From Macrostomum lignano (lineage: Eukaryota): 64,000 nucleotides of DNA. The notes below the pieces were generated by a model, which was not told where the DNA came from, made no database searches, and worked only from the letters and a program-made list of their open reading frames with translations. The position numbers were made by a program, and so were the translations under genes. The stretch is taken from assembly GCA_002269645.1 (NCBI GenBank), contig NIVC01002328.1, forward strand, positions 119,380 through 183,379, given 5' to 3'. Shown piece after piece: positions 1 through 11,959 of this stretch; within the stretch, counting starts at the first letter, position 1, and every line of letters begins with the position of its first letter.

Positions 1-89
1 AGCTTCAGATTGTCGCGCGTGTTCAGCCGGTCGATGTCGTCTCGCGGCGGCTCCTCGGTGGAGTCCAAGTAGGACAACAGGCCCTGCGG
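1..89 (-). CDS. DNAJC13: DNAJC13 exon 8 (partial)
   Basis: aacgcag|[29 protein letters not shown], matching PPGLLAYLESSD...DADRMHVRDNVK. Confidence 0.9.
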
Positions 90-3000
90 CTGCGTTGGGG
101 ACAGGGGCCAGGTGCGCGGATCAGGTAGATATGCGACTGACTGCATCTGACTGCAGTATTGGTGACAGTAGCTGAAGTCTTCTCACACCTGAAGCATTCC
201 TGACCGATTAAGATAAGGGACAGCACACTCACACCTGAAGCATTCCTGACAGATTAAGATAAGGGACAGCACACTCACACCTGAAGCATTCCTGACCAAT
301 TAAGATAAGGGACAGCACACTCACACCTGAAGCATTCCTGAGACAGATTAAGACAAGGGACTGCACACTCACACCTGAAGCATTCCTGACCAATTAAGAT
401 AAGGGACAGCACACTCACACCTGAAGCATTCCTGACCAATTAAGATAAGGGACAGCACACTCACACCTGAAGCATTCCTGACCAATTAAGATAAGGGACA
501 GCACACTCACACCTGAAGCATTCCTGAGACAGATTAAGACAAGGGACTGCACACTCACACCTGAAGCATTCCTGACCAATTAAGATAAGGGACAGCACAC
601 TCACACCTGAAGCATTCCTGACCAATTAAGATAAGGGACAGCACACTCACACCTGAAGCATTCCTGAGACAGATTAAGACAAGGGACTGCACACTCACAC
701 CTGAAGCATTCCTGACAGATTAAGATAAGGGACAGCACACTCACACCTGAAGCATTCCTGACAGATTAAGATAAGGGACAGCACACGCACACCTGAAGCA
801 TTCCTGGCAGATTAAGATAAGGGACAGCACACGCACACCTGAAGCATTCCTGGCAGATTAAGATAAGGGACAGCACACGCACACCTGAAGCATTCCTGAC
901 AGATTAAGATAAGGGACTTACAAAGATCCTTCTAAGCAGGGTCATGGCCACCTGGTTGTCGGTGACCCACAGTCCGATGAGGTGCCTGCTGAGCTGCCTA
1001 TTAACCAGCATCCTGCCGTCGGCAGACTGGGTGAACAGAGCCGTGTGCAGGTGTGCCGGCAGAGCGGCCTCAGCCAGTGACAGGGCCTGCATCCGGGCGG
1101 CCACTTCCGGTTCGGCCTCTTCAACTATGGAGCGCATGACGAGACCGGCGCCTTTCAATATAGCTGTGGACGGGTGCTGGAACAGCTTGAAGAATGCGCG
1201 ACCTCTAGCCGCGGTCATGATCAGCAGGGTGTCGAAGTGGCCGCCCTCGGTGGTCTCCGAATAAGGCGCGCACAGTGCGAAGGTGAGGAAGTCCAGCATA
1301 GCGGAGATGAACAGGGCGCCTGTGCCTTTTAGCACGTGCGCTTCGAATATGTCGAGCAGCGATTCCAGAAATTTCTTTGATGACATTATGCTCGACTTGT
1401 TCAGCTGCTCCTAAAACAGGTGAGTAGACTGAGTTTTTTTCATTATGACCTAGAAATGATACAAAGCATCCACCATGACCTAGAAATGACACAAAGCATC
1501 CACCATGACCTAGAAATGACACAAAGCATCCACTATGACATAGAAATGACACAAAGCATCCACTATGACCTAGAAATGACACAAAGAATCCACTATGACC
1601 TAGAAATGACACAAAGAATCCACTATGACCTAAAAATGACACAAGCATCCACTATGACCTAGAAATGACACAAAGCATCCACTATGACCTAGAAATGACA
1701 CAAAGCATCCACTATGACCTAGAAATGACACAAAGCATCCACTATGACCTAGAAATGACACAAGTATCCACTATGACCTAGAAATGACACAAAGCATCCA
1801 CTATGACCTAGAAATGACACAAAGCATCCACTATGACCTAGAAATGACACAAAGCATCCACTATGACCTAGAAATGACACAAAGCATCCACTATGACCTA
1901 GAAATGACACAAAGCATCCACTATGACATAGAAATGACACAAAGCATCCACTATGACCTAGAAATGACACAAAGCATCCACTATGACCTAGAAATGACAC
2001 AAGTATCCACTATGACCTAGAGATGACACAAAGCATCCACTATGACCTAGAAATGACACAAAGCATCCACTATGACCTAGAAATGACACAAAGCATCCAC
2101 TATGACCTAGAAATGACACAAAGCATCCACTATGACCTAGAAATGACACAAAGCATCCACTATGACATAGAAATGACACAAAGCATCCTCTATGACCAGG
2201 TGCTGACAAAAAGCAGTCAATCCCGACCCACTAAAAGCCGAACCTGTTTCAAATCGTAGTTATCGTGCATCGGCTGCATCAGCGAGTTGATGGTGTCGAT
2301 GGCCGCGTGTCCAACGCCGCCGTCGTCGTCGGCCCGGCGCAGCGCGGCGACCACCTTCCGGCCGAGGGTCTCCCGCATGCCGCTGAGGTCTGTGAACGCG
2401 GAGAAGCCGGCTCTGCTGGCTACTAAACGCCGCAGTGCGTGAAACTCTGCCTCCACTGAGCCGCCGCCGCCGTCGTGGTGGATGAGCGCGGACAGGGCCT
2501 GGGTGATGAGGCGCTCCTTGTTCTCGGAGAAGAAGCCGTCCTGAGTCACCGCGTGGAGCAGGCCGCTGTATGGCACGTTGGCGTTGAATCTGGCTACCGC
2601 CTGCGGTTTGCAGCGCGTTGGTGATTGTTGAGACAATGATAGACTCTTGAGTCAAGGGGTTGGCAGCGGCATATTGAAGGACCAAAGAGCGGCCTATTGA
2701 AGAACCAAAGAGCGGCCCATTGAAGGACCAAAGAGCAGCCCATTGAAGGACCAAAGAGCGGCCCATTGAAGGACCAAAGAGCACCCCATTGAAGGAACAA
2801 AGAGCGGCCTATAGAAGAACCAAAGAGCGGCCCATTGGAGAAACAAAGAGCACCCCATTAGAGGAACAAAGAGCGGCCTATTGAAGGACCAAAGAGCGGC
2901 CTATTGAAGGATCAAAGAGCGGCCCATTGAAGGACCAAAGAGCGGCCCATTGAAGGACCAAAGAGTGGCCTATTGAAAGACCAAAGAGCGATTCATTGGA

Positions 3001-5700
3001 GGAACAAAGAGCGGCCTATAGAAGAACCAAAGAGCGGCCCATTGGAGGAACAAAGGGCAGCCCATTAGAGGAACAAAGGGCGGCCTATGAAGGAACAAAG
3101 AGCGGCCCATTGGAGGAACAAAGAGCAGCCCATTAGAGGAACAAAGAGCGGCCTATTGAAGGATCAAAGAGCGGCCCATTGAAGGACCAAAGAGCGGCCC
3201 ATTGAAGGACCAAAGAGTGGCCTATTGAAAGACCAAAGAGCGATTCATTGGAGGAACAAAGAGCGGCCTATTGAAGGACCAAAGAGCGGCCTATTGAAGG
3301 ATCAAAGAGCGGCCCATTGAAGGACCAAAGAGCGGCCCATTGAAGGACCAAAGAGTGGCCTATTGAAAGACCAAAGAGCGATTCATTGGAGGAACAAAGA
3401 GCGGCCTATAGAAGAACCAAAGAGCGGCCCATTGGAGGAACAAAGAGCAGCCCATTAGAGGAACAAAGGGCGGCCTATGAAGGAACAAAGAGCGGCCCAT
3501 TGGAGGAACAAAGAGCAGCCCATTAGAGGAACAAAGAGCGGCCTATTGAAGGAACAAAGAGCGGCCCATTGGAGGAACAAAGAGTGGCCTATTGAAGGCC
3601 CAAAGAGCGGCCTATTGAAGAACCAAGTTGAGTAAAACTAAAGCAACAACTCGCCTGAGCAAAGGTGACGCCAGGCGGTTGCTGATAGAGATGCCGGAGG
3701 CATTGGCTCTCAACCTCCTCAGATAGCGGCGTGCTCAACGGACCAAACCGCAGTCCCCGATCGATCGGTGCCCGTTTAACGCACACGTCACGATTGCCGG
3801 ATGCGCGAACTCCGTCCAGCACGGAGGCGATGAGGGCGTCCCGATCGGTGCTGGTGTAATAGCGGGGCGGGCCGCGGACGCTTTCGATGGCCACTAGTTG
3901 GGGATTGGCCGGGTCTCTGGTCATTGAGAACACATCGCAGAGCGGCTTGACGGACACTGCATGATAGGTGGCCGGATCTCGCTCGATTAGGCAGGTCTCG
4001 GACAGGCACAGCAGCCGCCTGACAGGCTCTCTGAGAACGGGGATGGCGTTGAAAACCATTGGCCACTGTGTAATGTTAGGGTGGGGTCTGGGTGTACAGT
4101 TGGGGTGCGGGTCTGGGTGTACAGTTGGGGTGCGGGTCTGGGTGTACAGTTGGGGTGCGGGTCTGGGTGTACAGTTGGGGTGCGGGTCTGGGTGTACAGT
4201 TGCGGTTGGGGTCTGGGTGTACAGTTAGGGTGGGGGTCTGGGTGTACAGTTGGGGTGGGGGTCTGGGTGTACAGTTGGGGTGGGGGTCAGAGCCAGTGTA
4301 CATTACAACGGCCTAGAGCACATTAGTTAAAATCGTGTATTGTTTTACTTGTGCCTCGGCGTCCGCGTCTTAGCAACTGGGAATTCGCTGTGCGAGGTCA
4401 GGTGCTCGTCGCCAGAGTATTTGCCGAACTTGTTAATTAGCAACTGCTCGTAGGTGCTCTGGCTTTGGTGCACCCGAATTTGCAGTCCAATGTAGTGCTG
4501 CGCCGCCTCTTTAATCGCTTTGATTAAATTGTCCTGGTCTTGGGTGGCGAATATGTGCTGCAAATTGGGGATTTTATAGACGAAGATACAGTGCGAAAGT
4601 GCCTCGTGCTCAACGGAGTGTGCGTCCCCGACGATAGGACAGAGCGTAATGGTACAGCCACTATATTATGAGAAATGCTGTACGCAGGCATAATAATAAT
4701 AATAATTGATTTCACTTGCCCTAATGGCCCGAGATGTGCAACCGACAGCTCAGCCGCAGCTATGGCGCGGCGCATCTGAAGGCTGCGTACGGCTGTTCAG
4801 TCCAAGGACTAAGGGGGGGGTCGCCACACAGCCTCAATTACCCCAGCTAATGCTGGCACCCATTTTACAGCTGTGTGAACTGGAGCAATGCAGAGTGAAG
4901 TGTCTTGCTCAAGGACACAAACTGTTCCGAGTGGGTCGAGAATCGAACCCCCGACCTTCCAGTCGTGAGTCGGTACATCGGTCCTGACTTTCTAATCGTC
5001 AGGCATGTACACTCTCTGAGCCTTGGGGGTTGGTCCTCATGGCTGTGAACCGCACGACAACCCCCCTCCCCAGCCCAATATCCGTGCACACAAGCCCCAA
5101 ATAAATGTGGGAATCGAACCAGGGATCATGGCGCGTTTTTATGCTGAGCTGATTTGCCCGCCCCCCGCGAACCAACTTGACTATTTTATGTAGAAAAGCG
5201 CATAAAAACTCACATTGCGTCCGAAGCCGCCGCAAACGACGGAAATTCCGCCGGGTAGGTCGGGAATCTTGAAAGACAGGGATTGGATTAGGCGAGAGCT
5301 GTTATCGGGATCCATTTTAAACTATACAGCCAGTGCAGGCTTTTCAGCACATGCAAAATCTTCTTCTGAATTGTAATATTAGTTTCTTGTGCTTCTGGTT
5401 TGATTACTACTGATAATTGCAAAAACACAAATTACTATTTATTCTGCTGAGTATTATCACATCTGCTACTACTACACAAGTACTACGAGCGTACTACTAC
5501 TGCTGCTACTAATACTGCTGCTACTACTACTGCTACTACTACTACTACTACTATTATTATTACTACTACTACTACTACTACTGCTACTACTACTACTACT
5601 ACTACTACTACTGCTATTACTACTGCTACTACTACTACTACTACTACTATTATTATTACTACTACTACTACTACTACTGCTACTACTACTACTACTACTG

Positions 5701-5741
<41 letters not shown>

Positions 5742-5742
5742 G

Positions 5743-5777
<35 letters not shown>

Positions 5778-5782
5778 GCTAT

Positions 5783-5845
<63 letters not shown>

Positions 5846-7005
5846 ACTACTACACTGACCAGCAGCAGGCATTCGATGTCCTTATAATCGTAGGTGCACA
5901 GCAGCGAGTTGCTGACAGGATCGAACTGGCACAGGCCGGCAGAGTTGACGGCCAGCACGACATTCTTTCGCGTGTCCGACCAGTGCTGCTTGAATGCGTT
6001 GAACCTGGCCGGCGTTCTTGGCGTCTCAGCGAACTGGTGCTGAAATCGCAGCGCCTCAGTCAGGATGTCGGCCCGATGGTCTGAGGCGAACTTCATCTGA
6101 TCCTTCTTGTTGCCGCCGACTTTCTTCATCTGAATAATGAGCTCCTGAGGGCCGCCCTTCGGATTGGGCAGGATGTTGAAGAAATCGCTGTAGAGCCATT
6201 GGTTGGTGATTTCCAGAGTCTGGGGATTGTACGTAGTGATGCCCTGCGTGCCTATGCTGAATATGCGCTTGTACCTGAGGGACAGGCAGTTGCGGATTAA
6301 CATATTGCAAAAAGCACTTCAACCGAAGGGGGCAGAGCACCAGAACGTCGCCACTGGGTGCGGGGGGGGGACTGGGGGACATGCCCCCCCCCCCCCAAGT
6401 AAAAGCTATGGGGAGGACATGATAATGCTTTGTCCTCCAACCCCAAGAATTTGTTTCAGGGCGCTAGAATGAGTGCCTTCGGCACTAAAATGAGTGCCTG
6501 CAGAACAAGAAAAAGAACAAGAACAAATCTTTTATTATAATTCTTAGAATTCCAAGTGATATTTGCACTTAAGTATCAAAATGGATGTGTTATTAAATAG
6601 CATAAGATGTAATAATAGATCTCTATCCTTTGTAACCCACTATAACTCTAAGCAGATAACCTATTGGTAATGATCATCATGACAGCTCTTAAATGCTGAT
6701 GTTCTAGCATTTTCTTATATGAAAGACAATTTTCTTAATTTTAAAAGATCAGATACATGCCTTTCTAAAAAGAAACTATAAAAATTTATAAAAAAATTGT
6801 AATTTAGTACTTTAGCTACTTTGGTATCAAATAAACATTTTTATATTATAAAACAATAAATACATTAGGCCAACAGTACTACATTATCAAAAGCAAAATA
6901 TATCATTTTTACTTACTTTCCTTTCCATGATAACTTTGTAACATGAAAGCATGCCAAATCTTGATTTTCTTTCATCTGAGGACATGCATTTGGATTGTTG
7001 GACAT
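1..7005 (-). CDS. DNAJC13: DnaJ homolog subfamily C member 13 (RME-8), 5' portion; join(7005..6917,6274..5860,5267..5214,4557..4349,4030..3655,2600..2244,1410..922,89..<1)
   Basis: Spliced translation ([45 protein letters not shown]...[12 protein letters not shown]...[15 protein letters not shown]...[10 protein letters not shown]...[18 protein letters not shown]...QGLLSYLDS) is colinear with the N-terminus of human DNAJC13 as recalled. All exon phases are compatible. The gene runs off the left edge. Confidence 0.96.
184..916. repeat. 46-bp intronic minisatellite (cacacctgaagcattcctgacagattaagataagggacagcacact)
   Basis: About 16 tandem units with occasional 48-bp variants; abuts the exon 7 donor. 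Confidence 0.95.
922..1410 (-). CDS. DNAJC13: DNAJC13 exon 7
   Basis: ttttag|[15 protein letters not shown]...LLRRIF|gtaagt. Confidence 0.93.
1440..2197. repeat. 30-bp intronic minisatellite (cactatgacctagaaatgacacaaagcatc)
   Basis: About 25 units; the 29-bp variant acaagtatcc recurs at about 1760 and 2000. Confidence 0.95.
2244..2600 (-). CDS. DNAJC13: DNAJC13 exon 6
   Basis: ccgcag|AVARFNAN...YDLKQ|gttcgg. Confidence 0.92.
2672..3623. repeat. 23-bp intronic minisatellite (attgaaggaccaaagagcggccc)
   Basis: Direct reading of tandem units in DNAJC13 intron 5. Confidence 0.95.
3655..4030 (-). CDS. DNAJC13: DNAJC13 exon 5 (ends at a GC donor)
   Basis: tctcag|[14 protein letters not shown]...TFAQ|gcgagt. 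Confidence 0.9.
4078..4292. repeat. 25-bp G-rich intronic minisatellite (gggtctgggtgtacagttggggtgc)
   Basis: About 8 units in DNAJC13 intron 4. Confidence 0.93.
4349..4557 (-). CDS. DNAJC13: DNAJC13 exon 4
   Basis: ttgcag|HIFATQDQ...[12 protein letters not shown]...PRH AA|gtaaaa. Confidence 0.9.
4691..4990 (-). mobile_element. tRNA-derived SINE with CORE-like central domain, copy 1
   Basis: Minus strand reads ggttcgattc (B box), then gtgtccttgagcaagacactt...ctgtaaaatggg (MIR/CORE-like), a 3' tail and an (ATT)n end. Homologous to 57932-58200. Confidence 0.8.
5214..5267 (-). CDS. DNAJC13: DNAJC13 exon 3 (54 nt, [18 protein letters not shown])
   Basis: Acceptor tttcaag|, donor |gtgagt; fills the LSDYQGGFCILYGGFSRL gap; not in the ORF track. 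Confidence 0.88.
5483..5855. repeat. (CTA)n / (TAG)n microsatellite
   Basis: About 370 bp starting a few nt after the exon 2 donor. Confidence 0.97.
5860..6274 (-). CDS. DNAJC13: DNAJC13 exon 2
   Basis: Acceptor ccctcag|G, donor CTG|gtcagt; encodes [11 protein letters not shown]...[11 protein letters not shown]. Confidence 0.93.
6917..7005 (-). CDS. DNAJC13: DNAJC13 first coding exon ([30 protein letters not shown])
   Basis: ATG follows the acceptor ttcag|A; donor AA|gtaagt; matches the RENKDLACFYTTKHSWRGK motif. Confidence 0.9.
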
Positions 7006-7239
7006 TCTGAAGCTAAAAGAAAATGAATGAAAATTTAGTAAAAAAATAAAATAAAAAAGTCTGAAAAAGTGGAAGTAAAAATATTTGTTTTTGCCTAGAA
7101 AGACAAATAATTTATATATCTTACCTGTCAAGGCAGGAGCCTTGAAAAAAATATAAATCTATTTAACTTGTTATAAATAATTATTAAAACTTTGTTACCT
7201 GAAATAAATTAATGAAAGATAAGATAGAGCTTTAATAAT

Positions 7240-7420
7240 TAGGAGATGCTTGCCATTTAAGGATGCTTGCTATCTAGAGTGGAGGATACTTTTTGTCTCG
7301 GGTTGCTTGTTCTTTGGGGATACTTGCTATCTATGGACTTTTGCCATCTAGAGATACTTGCTATTTAGGGTCAAGGATGCCTATTACCTGGGGGGTACCT
7401 TCTAGTTAGGGGGAATTTCA
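7240..7420 (+). repeat. Degenerate copy of the gatgcttgctatct repeat of the Helitron family at 33.4-41.7 kb
   Basis: Several decayed gatgcttgctatct / gatacttgctat units. Confidence 0.5.
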
Positions 7421-8899
7421 GCTTCTTGCTATCTTTGTATTGTAAAAGCTTAATTTTGTTGCATTTATTTGTTATTTTAAAGAAAGAGATTTATAAGTAA
7501 ACATCATTGCTGTTAAAAATTTTATTTAAGTGATTTATAGAGGAATAGATAGAGCTAAAGTGTTTTCTGATACGATTTCCTATGCCATCTCTTTTGGCAA
7601 CAAACATCATTTTCTACTGTGGCACTATGATTATGTTGTAGGCCCTAACACCAAATCAAACTTTAAAATAATATTATAAAACAAACTAGGGCCCTAGAGG
7701 ATTAAGATTGCCCTTTAGCTAATATACTTTCCATTATATTACTAATAAAAGTCCTATTTATAAAAGTATTATTTTAGATAACTAAAGTTAAACTGCTTTT
7801 GAGTTTTATGATATTACATTCTTTGCAATTTTAAAAACAATAATTTTTAACTTTTGACAAATGAAATGATGAATAAAGAATATTATATCTTTTGACTTTT
7901 ATGATATATCAATATTAATAACAGCAGATAAAAATAAAATAGAGTGAAAGACACTTTGAAAATGAAGCTGATACTTCCACCTGTTAATTAATTCTTTTGT
8001 TTAGAGACAAAAAATGAATACAATTTGTAGCTTTATTGCAATGCTTTTGCATGAGCTGTATACATGCACAGCAAACATAAGACAAGGAATTAATAAAATA
8101 CTTGCTACTGTCTGAAAATTCTGACTAAAAGTTAAATAATCCTATCAATGAATCTAGCAGACATGGCAAAAAGTGCATCGCAGACCGAGACCGCACTCGC
8201 TGCCTGCCTCGCATACCACAAACTCATTGTACCATGGAATTGAACCACCCCTAAAAGAATATACGTCGAAACTGATTTTCAATTTCACGTATAATTTTTT
8301 AAAAACTAACTCCAGTCTCCAGTTACAGTCGGCTTCAGTTTCATTTACATCGAATATCAATCATATTATAAGTGGTGTTGGTGCCATACGTAAAAATCGA
8401 AATCGAAATTGATAGGCCTAAATCGAAGGCTTCTTAGAAAAGTTGAAAGTTGAAAAACAAAAATCAAATTCATGGTGATCGCATTTAAACTAGTGTCTTG
8501 AAATATTGCAGCAGTAAAAGCAAAAATCGTCCGTATAAGAAGAGATGATAAACTATTATTCACTTTCGAATGCTTCTCACTCAAGATACTGGAAAAACGA
8601 CAAGATGTTCTATACTGTGCATCTTTTGTGAGCCATCTTAGATTTGTGAGCCATCCTATATTTGTGAGCCATCTTGTTTTACGATTCAATCTTATTTATA
8701 CGGCCTGTGTGCGTATAAGTGCTGGACCTACTTGATCGCATCAAGCGGCTATCGGCCTCAAACTGCGGCGAGGCATGACCAGAATTAGCCACCAGCCGCG
8801 GCCTGAGCTGCGGAGCGCTGCTCGATTGCCGCATTCTTCGGACGCCGAGAGCGAAACCGCAGAGGGTGTGCCCATGGACTATGACCGCGCAAGGCGCGT

Positions 8900-10030
8900 C
8901 GACGAAAGGTCAGCCGGTCTGCAGGAGACTGAGCCGGAAGTTCAGCGCTCGAATCAGACTCTAGGCCCGGTGCGTGTGGCAGGAAAGAGATCGCTGTACT
9001 GTATGAGGCTAAATGAAGCCGGGCTGCTCTCGCAGAGGCCTACAGTCAGGGACAGCTGCTGACAGCCGTGAAGGAGATAATCCATCAGACGAGGACGGCT
9101 TCCTGCTCTCCTTTGAGAAATTCAAGCAGCCGCCATCCGGAAAAGCGCAGCGCTGTCACTCCTGGGATACGCTGCTGACGATCCATGGCGCTGAAAGTGC
9201 CTCGATTTGCGGCGAGCTAGAGCCCAGCGCATTGCTTGACAGCCCATGGTGGCATCTGCAGCATCGGTCGGGCTAGCGGCGAACATCCAGAAGACAGAGG
9301 TGATGACTAGCTGTACCTGGGGATCTGCCCGCGGTGTCGATCGACGGTCATGCAACAAATTCTACCTCGCTGCACGCGCTTCACGTACCTCGGGGGGGGG
9401 GGGGGTCTCGCGCCATGTCCAGGAGGACTTGGCGCGATGCAGGGGCCTGGCCTGGGTGGCCTTTTGCTCTATCCGGGTTATACTGCAGAACGCCACGCTG
9501 CCAGCAGACCGCTTGAAAGGGTACGTGGGCTGTTTCAGGCGGCAGTCGAAGCCGTCCTGAGAGACGCGCGGTTACAACCGTCCTGAGAGATCCTTACAAA
9601 CGCTGAGAGACGTGGACGCTGACCCAGAGGCTCTGGAGAAGCGACACTCGGCCCTGCTGCGAGCCGCCTTCAACTTTATAGCTACCCGGACGCAGTCTCC
9701 AAACGCAGCCCTCTACCAGAGCTCAGGACTGCGACCACCTATATAGCGAGACCCTCCGCAGGCGTTAAGACTTCAACTGGCGGGACACACCATCCGAGCG
9801 CGGGGAAGCTTATAATACACTGCCCTCGAACCGGTGCAGGACGTCCTGCTGCTCACGATGCAGGGCCCCTGGCGCCGGGGCTACGGCCATATGCGCCGCT
9901 ACTTGATGGATTGCCTGCTGCTGCATGGATGGATGCTGGGGTGATCGGCAAGTCGCACTCTGTTGCCGCCTTCAGAGAGCTCGCGTACTGAGAAACAGAT
10001 CTGACACCGCCTGGCCTCTTGTGAACTGTA
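8900..10030 (+). mobile_element. Degenerate RTE-clade non-LTR retrotransposon reverse transcriptase, 3' part
   Basis: Frameshifted motifs: LLGYAADD (YADD), SVGLAANIQKTEVM, DLARCRGLAWVAF, LFQAAVEAVL, AETWTLTQRL..RHSALLRAAFN, AGHTIR, GPWRRGYG. Confidence 0.75.
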
Positions 10031-10857
10031 CTCTGTTCCCCGGCGGCGGTGTGCTTAATTGTTGTGTGTTGTTGCAGCCTCGGCAAATTTTCGTGCACAC
10101 TGCGATTACTCTGCCCCCTTCAATTGGTCCTAGCTCGATTCACATTTATTCCAAGTTGTCTTTCAGGAATGTCTTGCAGTTGTCTCATGTTTACAAGTAT
10201 TTTTCAAGACCGATTTTTGCCCGAGTTTTATCTATGCCAATCGTAGAAGGCACTTCAAGCAAATATCTTTGCGAAATCCGTTTAAAGAACACGAGTGTGC
10301 AGTGTCAGCTATCTTTTCTTTTACACTTACGTACATGTAAAAGGAAACATATGATGTTTTACACTCATGTATAGCAAATTGTCAATAAATCACTTCAGTG
10401 GCTACACGCGATTTGATTAATCGATATCGGCAAACGAAATCAGTCTTGAATTTGTTGCCTGAATTATATATTCTGCCGACTTATTTGGAAATATGCTAAA
10501 TTTATGCACGCTCTGGATCTATTTTTGCCGTCCTAAATGCACTAGAAATTGTTAAAAACACACTGCGAGACAAATTATATACATGCATGATTTGGACACT
10601 CTGCATGACACGTGACGTCAAACGCGTTAGATGAGCGACTTAAGATAGTTATTACAAGGAAATAGCTTGCTTAACCAATAAACTATTAAAGTAAATTGAT
10701 AAGACATCCAGGATGTTTAACTTTATAAATTTCTGTTCACGCTTGCTTGTACTCAGCCAATGCAGCTGATAACAGCTCATATAAAACAGTAAGTGGGATT
10801 GAGAATTGCTTCTCCCCATTTGATTTAATCCAGCAGTTTGAATCAGGCCCTCTCAGC

Positions 10858-11160
10858 ATGGCAAGCAGCAGCAGCATCAGCAAGGGTTCCGCATGCCTCC
10901 CGGTGATGCTGACGGTCGCCATCTTGCTGCAGTTCTGCACGTGCCCCGGCCAAGCCTCGGACAACTGCATTGCCCAGCCCTGGCGGTCTGCATGGACTGT
11001 CGCGGAGGACTTTCGGATTGCCAGAAGCGTCATGCGCTCAATACGTCAGGCCAAGTCGGTCAGCGAGTGCATCGCCAGGATGAAGTTCACATGGAAACCT
11101 AACCGATCGCCTCAGGTGCTTGTGGACGAGATTGAGTGCGTCTCTAAGAAGCCGTGGTGA
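10858..11160 (+). CDS. Candidate small secreted protein (100 aa)
   Basis: ATG shortly after an acceptor (ccagcag|) with an upstream gtaagt donor at 10789; hydrophobic LPVMLTVAILLQFC..GQA signal-like stretch; GC-rich codons in an AT-rich setting. No family recognised. Confidence 0.45.
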   Translation: MASSSSISKGSACLPVMLTVAILLQFCTCPGQASDNCIAQPWRSAWTVAEDFRIARSVMRSIRQAKSVSECIARMKFTWKPNRSPQVLVDEIECVSKKPW

Positions 11161-11959
11161 GCAAATTTTATTAACTCAAGTGCCTGAGTTCGATTCCATG
11201 CATTTTATGCATTATGGTGCTCGCGTGCACAGAAATTAGATTAGGGGGCCTCTATAGTGCGATTCAAGATAGTGAGACACAATGCCCAAGACTCACAGAG
11301 TGGTCAGATCATGTGAACACCTAAGGATGAGAAAGTCGGGGCTACTGTACACCCTGTGTGAGCATGTGTCTGCGTACAGGCTGTACATGTACATAAATAC
11401 TGTGCTATACATGTACATACTACGCATTAACACTGTCCGCACATCCTGCAGGCTTATCGAGTGCAAGCCATTCAATCTGACCTTTCCCGTCATGAATTTG
11501 GGCCACGACGAAGTGTTGAACAATGAGGCAACGGCAAACAAACCGTTTTATTGCAAGCAGTACGTCAAATCTGCGCCTAATTGCTGAAAAATAAACAAAA
11601 AACGGAAAGGTAAGAACTGGTTTTGGCTCTGTATACGAGCGTACAAACCAATTTAAGGAAAACACAAGCACTTTAACACGAGACATACAAAGAGTTGTTA
11701 AATTGGGTGAATTCCCGTTTTGATTGTCCATTCCACATTCTATGGTTATGCATTCCCAAGCAACCCGAGTCTGTGGCCTGGCTTGAATGTCTATGGCGTC
11801 CCGTTTTGATTGTCCAAATTCCCATTTAGATCGTCAAATTAGCGATTTGCGACCTCGAAACTGTTTGGAAGAACCATGGTATTTTTATATCTCGGTGCTA
11901 CTGGAATATTTAAAAGTGAACAAAGTGTCCGTTACCGGAGGCAAAACAAAAGTAACTCA

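Noticed and set aside
4078-4292. Interstitial telomere
   Set aside because: The unit is a 25-bp G-rich repeat, not TTAGGG or TTAGG.
8160-8870. DNAJC13 promoter or first exon (GC-richer patch, gtaggt donor-like site at about 8730 on the minus strand, triple gtgagccatc repeat at about 8630-8680)
   Set aside because: Plausible but unsupported without transcript data; it adjoins the RTE remnant.
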